Below, piece after piece: positions 57,039-64,000 of a stretch of DNA of 64,000 bases. A program made the translations under genes and the position numbers. Location of the stretch: NCBI GenBank assembly GCA_017501465.1, contig JAFVWY010000009.1, positions 115,092-179,091 on the forward strand, in the 5' to 3' direction. Each line of letters starts with the position of its first letter. Within the stretch, counting starts at the first letter, position 1. The notes beneath the pieces were generated by a model. The model saw nothing but the letters and a program-made list of their open reading frames with translations. It was not told the origin of the DNA and made no database searches. The DNA comes from Bacilli bacterium. GTDB lineage: Bacteria; Bacillota_I; Bacilli_A; ML615J-28; CAG-313.

Positions 57039-58451
57039 ATGGAAAAAGTAAAAAAACAATATGGTCTTTGGACCGGTATTGCGATGGTTGTAGGGATTGT
57101 TATAGGTTCAGGTGTATTTACTAAAGCGGGAGGAGTTTTACAAGAATCAAATGGTGACTTAAGATATGCCATTTTAGCATGGTTTGTCGGTGGCGTTATC
57201 ATGATTTGTTCTGGCTTTTGTTTTGCTACGTTTGCATCTCGTGTGACTAAATATAATGGAGTAATAGATTATGTAGAAGAATCTACTAATAAAAAAGTAG
57301 GTTATGGCTTAGCTTGGTTAATGACTACATTTTATTATCCTATTATTGCTTCAATTGTGTCTTTACTTGCAGGACAATATTTTTTCCAATTAATTAATCC
57401 ATCAGGTTCTTGGGGGATTACACTAGTTTCTTGGCAAAATTTTATTTTTGCAATAGTTATATTAGTAGCATTTGTGGCACTAAATTATTTTTCACCAATG
57501 TTAGCAGCAAAATTTCAAGTTTCAGCAACAGTAATTAAATTAGTACCAATTGCGGTTATTGCTTTTGCCGGCTTGTTTGCATCTTTAATTGTTGGTGATG
57601 GCTTTGGAATTATAAATGGTTTTCAAAATAATGCCCAAGGATATGCACTAAACTTTGGTGAAGCGGTAAAAAAGACGGCTTTTGCTTATGAAGGTTGGGT
57701 TTGTGCTACAGCTATTAATGCTGAATTAAAAGATTCTAAAAAGAATTTATCACGTGCATTAACATTTGGTACAATTGCTGTTTTAGTATTTTATATTATT
57801 TATTATGTTTCTTTATCAGCATTTTTAGGTAACGCTGGAACAATTGCTGAAGGCGGTAATGCTCCAATTGCTGTATTTACTAAACTTATGCCTGGCTTTG
57901 GTAGTTTATTATTTACATTCTTTATTATGATTTCATGCTTGGGTACTGTTAATGGTGTATCAATAAGTTGCTGTCGTGGGATGTATACTATGTCATGTAG
58001 AGGACAAGGGATTATGCCAGAAAAGTTCTCTAAACTTGGTAAGAATCAAAGCGTATCATTCTTATCTTGTGTATATGGCTTATGTTGTATGTTATTAATG
58101 TTATTAGTATGGTATTTGGCTTTCCACTCAGTTTGGATATTTGGATATCTTCAAACAATGGATGAAATTATATGTGCGATTATTTATGGCGTTTATATTA
58201 CTTTATACATTTACATTATTAGAAAATGTAGTGATGTTGGCATATTCTCAAGATACGTTATGCCTATTTTAGCAATCATTGGTTCTTTATTCTTTGTTAT
58301 ATGTGGTACAGGAATTTATCAATATATTGCAACAGGTAGTTTAGAAAGTATTAAAGCATTCGGTGTATTTATGCTATTATTTGCATTACTAATGTTCCCT
58401 TGTATTTTCTTCTATAATAAAGATAAATATATTCAATTAGAAAGTGAATAA
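57039..58451 (+). CDS. APC-family amino acid permease
   Basis: 12 TM helices. GSGVF segment in TM1. 470 aa. Confidence 0.8.
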   Translation: MEKVKKQYGLWTGIAMVVGIVIGSGVFTKAGGVLQESNGDLRYAILAWFVGGVIMICSGFCFATFASRVTKYNGVIDYVEESTNKKVGYGLAWLMTTFYYPIIASIVSLLAGQYFFQLINPSGSWGITLVSWQNFIFAIVILVAFVALNYFSPMLAAKFQVSATVIKLVPIAVIAFAGLFASLIVGDGFGIINGFQNNAQGYALNFGEAVKKTAFAYEGWVCATAINAELKDSKKNLSRALTFGTIAVLVFYIIYYVSLSAFLGNAGTIAEGGNAPIAVFTKLMPGFGSLLFTFFIMISCLGTVNGVSISCCRGMYTMSCRGQGIMPEKFSKLGKNQSVSFLSCVYGLCCMLLMLLVWYLAFHSVWIFGYLQTMDEIICAIIYGVYITLYIYIIRKCSDVGIFSRYVMPILAIIGSLFFVICGTGIYQYIATGSLESIKAFGVFMLLFALLMFPCIFFYNKDKYIQLESE

Positions 58452-58528
58452 AAAAAGATGGTTAAATCCATCTTTTCTTTTTCAAAAATATATATTTTAT
58501 GGTATAATAAAAATAGAAGGTGATAATT

Positions 58529-59062
58529 ATGAAATATTTAGTTTTTTCTGATATCCATGGTTCTTTTTATTATGCTAAAATTATGGAAAGTATAATAAAA
58601 AAAGAAAAACCTAATAAAATAATTTTACTTGGTGATTTATATTATCATGGCCCTAGAAACCCTCTTCCTGTAGAATATAATCCTAAAGAAGTTGCTAATT
58701 TACTAAATCAATATCAAGATAAAATTATAGCAATTAAAGGAAATTGTGATGCGGAAGTTGATCAAATGATATCTTTATTTAAAATAAAAAATCATTTAAA
58801 ACTTACTATTAATAACAAAAAAGTTATGTTCACTCATGGACATAAATATAATATAGATAATGTTCCAAGTGATGTTGATGTATTAGTTTATGGACATTTT
58901 CACACTTGTTTTATTAAAAAAACAGATGATAAAATATTTATTAATGCGGGGAGTATTACATATCCTAAAGATAATACACCTCATTCATATTTGATAATTG
59001 ATAAAAATATTTTAACTATTAAAGATATTGAAGGTCTAGCTATTGATCAAATTATTTTATAG
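58529..59062 (+). CDS. YfcE/MJ0936-family metallophosphoesterase
   Basis: MKYLVFSDIHGS, LGDL, GNCD, FTHGH, GHFH calcineurin-like motifs. AGAAGGTGA RBS before ATG 58529. Confidence 0.75.
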   Translation: MKYLVFSDIHGSFYYAKIMESIIKKEKPNKIILLGDLYYHGPRNPLPVEYNPKEVANLLNQYQDKIIAIKGNCDAEVDQMISLFKIKNHLKLTINNKKVMFTHGHKYNIDNVPSDVDVLVYGHFHTCFIKKTDDKIFINAGSITYPKDNTPHSYLIIDKNILTIKDIEGLAIDQIIL

Positions 59063-59075
59063 AAAGGAATAACAT

Positions 59076-60860
59076 ATGAAAAGATTTTTAAAGATATTTG
59101 CTATTTTATTTTGTGCAATGTATTTAGTATCATGTAATACAAGTGGAAATGATGAACCGGTAAAAAAAGCTCATATTACTTACTATATTGATGATGAACT
59201 TGTAAAAGAAGAGTTCCTTAATTTAGATAAAGTAAATGAAAGTATTAAACCAGATATGCCTGAAAAAGTAAAAAAAGGCGAATGGAAACTTACTATAACT
59301 GAAGATGAAAATCATGTAGATTATCGATATAATTTAGAATATACGGTTCATAGATATGTGGTTTATTTTATGGGCCCTGAAGGAGAAGTTTTAAAAAGCA
59401 TGCCAGTTAATCATGGCGAAGCTGCCATTCCACCTACTTTTTCAGATAGAGAAATTGTAACATGGGATAAGGATTTTTCTTGTATAACAAGCTCTACATC
59501 TATTAATGCATCTATCGAATATAAATATTATTATGTAGAATTTTATGATGACGGCCAAAAAGTTGATGTTGGTATTGATCGATATGTTCCAGGTGAAGTT
59601 ACAGAACTTCCTTCATATTCAAAAGAAGGTTACCAATTCCTAGGTTGGTATAATTCTAATATTTCCTTATATACTTACAAAGAAATATCTGCAGATATGA
59701 AAGGTGATTTAAAGTTTGTTTCAAAATTTAATCAATTGGAATATGATGAAGTTGTTTTACCTGATGCCAAATATCATTTTACAGGTATTAATAAAGTAGT
59801 TAGCGATAAGACAGTATATTATCAACCTATTTTGCCATCTGGCGCCCCTAGTGGTGTAAGTAATTACAAATGGACTACAAGTGATCCAAGTGTTGCAACA
59901 GTATCTAATTATTCATCTATTGCAGGATTGAAGTCAGGTTATTGTGTATTAACAGCAACGAACATAAATGATCCTAGTATTACTATTAATTGTTTCATTA
60001 AAGTTACTGACAAAGGTATTGAATATACAACCAGCGAAGAATTAAATAATAGAGAAGTTTATACTATTACATTTAAGGGATTTAATAATGAAATTATTGA
60101 ACAAATCGATGTTCTTGAAGGAGATAGTATATGTTTTCCAATGCCACCAGTTATTGAAGGTTATAAATTTATGGGTTGGGATCAAGAAATTTACACTGTT
60201 ACAGAAGATACTACTATGAGTGCTATTTATATTGAAGGAAATAGCCCATATAATGGTAAAACATTCTCAATTATTGGTGATAGCATTTCTACCTTCCTAA
60301 GCTATATTCCACAAGGATATGCTCATTTTTATCCATATCCTGCAACTGATATATTTAATGTTAATCAAACTTGGTGGATGAGAACTATTAATGCTTTAGG
60401 TGGCAGTTTGTTTATTAATAATTCATATTCGGGTAGTTGTGTATCAACTGGTGGAACAAGTGCTTCTACTAATATAGGCAGACTTAGCAAACTAGTAGTT
60501 GCTAATGATTATGCAGATTATGTAATAATATACATGGGTTCTAATGATTGTGCTGCCCAAATTAATACACCAGTTTTTAAAAAAGCATACAAACAAATGA
60601 TGAATTCAATTTTAGATTTAGCGCCAAATACAAAGATGATACTTTTAACTTTGCCTAACTCTAAACTTTATAGTAATGATTTAAGAAAAGTTTATAATCA
60701 AGCGATTAGAGAACTTGCAGAAGAGTTTAATCAACAATTAATCGAATTAGAAAACTTTGATTTAGTACCTAATTTAATGGATGGAGCACATCCAAATAAT
60801 AACGGTATGATTCAATTATCTAATTATCTTGTAGAAATTTTAAGAAAAAATGAAGCATAA
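59076..60860 (+). CDS. lipoprotein with repeat/Big_2 domains and C-terminal SGNH/GDSL hydrolase (paralog of 22215..23648)
   Basis: Lipobox LVSC. GWY repeat modules. Ig-like Big_2 segment (YKWTTSDPSVATVS). SGNH blocks FSIIGDSISTF, MGSNDC, DGAHP. Confidence 0.7.
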   Translation: MKRFLKIFAILFCAMYLVSCNTSGNDEPVKKAHITYYIDDELVKEEFLNLDKVNESIKPDMPEKVKKGEWKLTITEDENHVDYRYNLEYTVHRYVVYFMGPEGEVLKSMPVNHGEAAIPPTFSDREIVTWDKDFSCITSSTSINASIEYKYYYVEFYDDGQKVDVGIDRYVPGEVTELPSYSKEGYQFLGWYNSNISLYTYKEISADMKGDLKFVSKFNQLEYDEVVLPDAKYHFTGINKVVSDKTVYYQPILPSGAPSGVSNYKWTTSDPSVATVSNYSSIAGLKSGYCVLTATNINDPSITINCFIKVTDKGIEYTTSEELNNREVYTITFKGFNNEIIEQIDVLEGDSICFPMPPVIEGYKFMGWDQEIYTVTEDTTMSAIYIEGNSPYNGKTFSIIGDSISTFLSYIPQGYAHFYPYPATDIFNVNQTWWMRTINALGGSLFINNSYSGSCVSTGGTSASTNIGRLSKLVVANDYADYVIIYMGSNDCAAQINTPVFKKAYKQMMNSILDLAPNTKMILLTLPNSKLYSNDLRKVYNQAIRELAEEFNQQLIELENFDLVPNLMDGAHPNNNGMIQLSNYLVEILRKNEA

Positions 60861-60941
60861 TTTATGCTTCATTTTTATATTTCTTGAAAAAAATGTCGAA
60901 TAATGGTATAATAGTATAAAAATACTTAATAGAGGGTAATT

Positions 60942-61778
60942 ATGATTAAACTAATCGCAACCGATCTTGATGGTACTCTTTTTTATCCTAAAAAGAAAAT
61001 CAGATTGTTAGTAAACAAAAACAAAAAGTTTTTAAAGCGTTTTATTGATGAAGGTAATCGTGTTGTTTTAGTTTCTGGAAGAAACTTTCATATTGCAAGA
61101 AGAATTATTAGAAAACTAAAACATAATGTTGATATGATAGCATGTAATGGTTCAGCTTTATATCGCGAAAAAAATATTATTGAAGATTATCCGATGCCAC
61201 ATGATAAGGTTTTAAAAATGTATTTAGATAATCTAAATAACAGATCTATCATGTCTTGGATATATATGACTGACCAAGATAATATGATTATTGTTCCTAA
61301 TAAAATGGGTTTATTTTTAACTATTTGTTATCGAATTGGCTTAATATTCCAATTTAGATATCGTGGTAGTTATAAATTTGGTAAAAGACATTTTCTAAAA
61401 ATGATTAAAGACGAAAATGTTAGGATTTATAAAGCGATGTCAATATATGGTTTAGGACAAAAAGGGATTAAAAAAGCAAGTAATTCAATTGGTGAACTAC
61501 AGGCAAAATATGGTGATATATTTGAAGTGGTTCAATCGCATAGTTCATTAGAAATTATGAATAAGAATATTAATAAAGCTAGTTGTTTATTAAAATATAT
61601 TAAATCTTTATCAATTAGTAAAGAAGAGGTTGCAGTTGTTGGTGATTCAGGTAATGATGTTCCTTTGTTTGAGGCTTTCCCCAATAGTTTTGTTATGGCA
61701 CAAGCTCAAAAAGAAGTAATGGAAAAAGCAAAAACTGTTATCAATGGAGTATTTGAATTAGAAAAATATGTTGATTAA
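60942..61778 (+). CDS. Cof-type HAD-IIB family hydrolase
   Basis: LIATDLDGTLF motif I. GDSGNDVPLF motif IV. Confidence 0.75.
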   Translation: MIKLIATDLDGTLFYPKKKIRLLVNKNKKFLKRFIDEGNRVVLVSGRNFHIARRIIRKLKHNVDMIACNGSALYREKNIIEDYPMPHDKVLKMYLDNLNNRSIMSWIYMTDQDNMIIVPNKMGLFLTICYRIGLIFQFRYRGSYKFGKRHFLKMIKDENVRIYKAMSIYGLGQKGIKKASNSIGELQAKYGDIFEVVQSHSSLEIMNKNINKASCLLKYIKSLSISKEEVAVVGDSGNDVPLFEAFPNSFVMAQAQKEVMEKAKTVINGVFELEKYVD

Positions 61779-62007
61779 AAGGCATGATTTATTATGCCTT
61801 TTTTATATATATTTTTCTATGTTTATATCATAATAATTTTTAGGATTTTAATTTTTGATTATGATAGTTTAGTTGATTAATAAATAGAGTATACATATTT
61901 TTTGCTAAAATTTACAAAAAGTGATATAATAAGACGAATAAGTTGAGGCAGTTTTACAACTGTTCTATTGATTAATCATATTAATTTTTTTAAAAAGGAG
62001 ATATTTT

Positions 62008-63033
62008 ATGAAAGTGGAAGATTATAATTATGTCCTTCCGCAAGAGCTAATTGCGCAAACTCCCTTAAAAGATAGAAGCTCTTCTAGATTATTAGTGCTT
62101 GACAAAAAAAGTGGAGAGATGGAAGATTTACATTTTTATAATATCATTGATTTATTAGATGAAAATGATTGTCTAGTGTTTAATGATACTAAGGTAATTC
62201 CTTCTAGAATTTATGGTAAAAAAGAAGATACTTTAGCAAATATTGAAATACTTCTTTTAAAAGAAATTGAGGAAGATACTTGGGAGGCCTTAACAAGACC
62301 TGCTAAAAGAGTTCATTTAGGTACTGTGATATCATTTGGAGATGGTATTTTAAAAGCAACTTGTATTGGTCTTGGCGATGATGGTAAAAGAGTATTTAAA
62401 ATGGATTATGAGGGAATTTTTTTAGAAGTATTAGATCAGATTGGTGAGATGCCACTTCCTCCATATATTCATGAAAAATTGGAAGAACAAGATAGATATC
62501 AAACTGTTTATGCTAAAGATTATGGAAGTGCAGCAGCACCTACTGCTGGGCTTCATTTCACAGAAGAAATTTTAGAAAAATTAAAAGAAAAGAATATACA
62601 AACTGAGTATGTTACATTACATGTAGGACTTGGCACTTTTAGACCAGTAATGGTTGAAAATATTGAAGATCATGTGATGCATTCAGAATATTTTAAGATG
62701 AGCAAAGAAACGGCTTCAAGATTAAATGAGGCAAAAGCAAAAGGTAAAAGAATAATTAGTGTAGGCACAACATCAACTAGAACCTTAGAAGCTATTTATA
62801 ATAAGTATGGAAAATTCGTAGAATGTAGTGAAAATACTAATATTTTCATTTATCCTCCATATGAGTTTAAAGCAATTGATGCTTTAATCACTAATTTCCA
62901 TTTACCAAAATCAACACTGCTTATGTTAGTGTCAAGTTTATCAACAAAAGAAAATATATTAAAAGCATATCATCATGCAATCGAAGAAGGATATCGATTC
63001 TTTTCCTTTGGTGATGCGATGTTTATAAAGTAA
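62008..63033 (+). CDS. queA: S-adenosylmethionine:tRNA ribosyltransferase-isomerase
   Basis: [27 protein letters not shown]-terminus and overall QueA length. Confidence 0.9.
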   Translation: MKVEDYNYVLPQELIAQTPLKDRSSSRLLVLDKKSGEMEDLHFYNIIDLLDENDCLVFNDTKVIPSRIYGKKEDTLANIEILLLKEIEEDTWEALTRPAKRVHLGTVISFGDGILKATCIGLGDDGKRVFKMDYEGIFLEVLDQIGEMPLPPYIHEKLEEQDRYQTVYAKDYGSAAAPTAGLHFTEEILEKLKEKNIQTEYVTLHVGLGTFRPVMVENIEDHVMHSEYFKMSKETASRLNEAKAKGKRIISVGTTSTRTLEAIYNKYGKFVECSENTNIFIYPPYEFKAIDALITNFHLPKSTLLMLVSSLSTKENILKAYHHAIEEGYRFFSFGDAMFIK

Positions 63034-63044
63034 AGGTGAAGAAT

Positions 63045-64000
63045 ATGAACAATTATAAAAAACTTGCGGATCTAATTTTCCCAGAAATAACAGAAACTAT
63101 TGAAGATTTAGAAAGAAGATATCCTAAGCGTGATTTACCAGCTGGTGCTAAAGTAACTAGATTTGCACCAAGTCCTACAGGATTTTTACATACAGGTAGC
63201 TTATTTGCTTCTATGATTTCTAGAAAAATGGCTAAAGATTCTAATGGAATTTTTTATACAAGATTAGAAGATACTGACCAAAAAAGAGAAGTAGCTGGTA
63301 GTGGTGATAGTTTAATTGATCAATTAAACAAATTTGGTGTTACTCCGGATGAAGGTTATCTTGGTACTGAAAAAGAATTAGGCAACTATGGACCATATGT
63401 TCAAAGCCAAAGAGCAGATATTTATAAAGTTGTTATTAAATATATGTTAGAAAATAATATGGCATATCCTTGTTTTTGTAGTCCCGAAGAATTAAGTGAA
63501 ATGCGTAAAGTTCAAGAAAGTAAAAAAGAAAACTTTGGATATTACGCTGACTACGCAAAATGTTCTAAATTAAGTGTAGAAGAAGCTATTGAACGAATTC
63601 AAAATGGTGAAAACTTTGTCATCAGATTTAGAAGTCAAGGTGATTATCATAATAAAGTTGCTATTGATGATGCTATTAGAGGTCATATTGAAATGGCTGA
63701 AAATGATCAACATTTAGTAATTTATAAAAGTGATGGGTTACCAACATATCACTTTGCACACCTTGTTGATGATCATTTTATGCGTACAACTCATGTTACT
63801 CGTGGTGAAGAATGGATGCCAAGTTTACCAATGCATATTGAATTATTTGCCTCTATGAACTGGGATGCACCAACTTATGCTCACTTACCAGTTATTATGA
63901 AACTAGATAATGGTAATAGAAGAAAACTATCTAAGCGTAAAGATTTAGAAGCAGCTGTATCGTTCTTCTTAGAACAAGGTTACCCAATTGAAGGATTTAT
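63045..64000 (+). CDS. gltX: glutamate--tRNA ligase (class I, GltX family), 3' end outside window
   Basis: HIGH-type motif RFAPSPTGFLHTG. RLEDTD. C-terminal KLSKR (KMSKS-like). Sequence is divergent. Confidence 0.65.
   Translation, partial: MNNYKKLADLIFPEITETIEDLERRYPKRDLPAGAKVTRFAPSPTGFLHTGSLFASMISRKMAKDSNGIFYTRLEDTDQKREVAGSGDSLIDQLNKFGVTPDEGYLGTEKELGNYGPYVQSQRADIYKVVIKYMLENNMAYPCFCSPEELSEMRKVQESKKENFGYYADYAKCSKLSVEEAIERIQNGENFVIRFRSQGDYHNKVAIDDAIRGHIEMAENDQHLVIYKSDGLPTYHFAHLVDDHFMRTTHVTRGEEWMPSLPMHIELFASMNWDAPTYAHLPVIMKLDNGNRRKLSKRKDLEAAVSFFLEQGYPIEGF

Noticed and set aside
1-64000. Alternative genetic code (UGA=Trp, Mollicutes-like), considered because of the very low GC and Mollicute-like gene content.
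   Set aside because: TGA terminates ftsW exactly at the murG start, and conserved Trp positions use TGG. The standard code fits all conserved genes.
1-64000. CRISPR arrays, rRNA or tRNA genes, transposases or integrases.
   Set aside because: No regularly spaced direct repeats. No rRNA or tRNA cloverleaf signatures apart from tmRNA. No DDE transposase or tyrosine/serine recombinase motifs in any ORF.

Overview
AT-rich (~28% GC) chromosomal window from a cell-walled, low-GC Firmicute (Erysipelotrichia/Clostridia-like). It uses the standard genetic code: TGA serves as a stop codon (e.g. ftsW) and TGG encodes Trp. Most of the window is conserved housekeeping on the + strand: a pyrE 3' end, mscS, a split chrA pair, a glycolipid-type cluster (GT8, acyltransferase, galU), a cell-division cluster ftsW-murG-murB-cotJ-ftsZ that lacks ftsA, rpiB, hpf-secA-prfB, recX, ftsK-lepB-rbgA-rnhB, topA, ftsY-ylxM-ffh, asnA, rpmB, yloV-recG-rnc, a U32 peptidase, degV, queA and a gltX start. 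Non-coding calls are an FMN riboswitch ahead of a RibU-type transporter and a complete tmRNA gene (ssrA, 48718..49078). The most unusual structure lies just downstream of ssrA. Three progressively decayed copies of one module (tmRNA 3'-end mimic, terminator hairpin, sigma70-like promoter) bracket two small cargo islets. Islet 1 is a tightly coupled pair: a RelB/DinJ-type ribbon-helix-helix (RHH) domain fused to an unknown domain, followed by a RhuM-family protein. Islet 2 is an HExxH metallopeptidase. No integrase is present. I read this as stacked, integrase-less insertions at the tmRNA att site carrying a candidate toxin-antitoxin or defence module. Other observations: a soluble FtsK-like translocase translationally coupled to an upstream membrane protein; YidD fused to a ~220-aa extension next to ytfI/ytfJ; a CotJA-CotJB fusion with cotJC inside the division cluster; two paralogous lipoproteins carrying an SGNH hydrolase domain, each near a Cof-HAD; a frameshifted remnant of a Na+-translocating decarboxylase beta subunit; and an orphan promoter-palindrome-terminator unit (candidate sRNA) between topA and ftsY. 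All calls rest on motif-level reading of the supplied translations and raw sequence; no database search was run.
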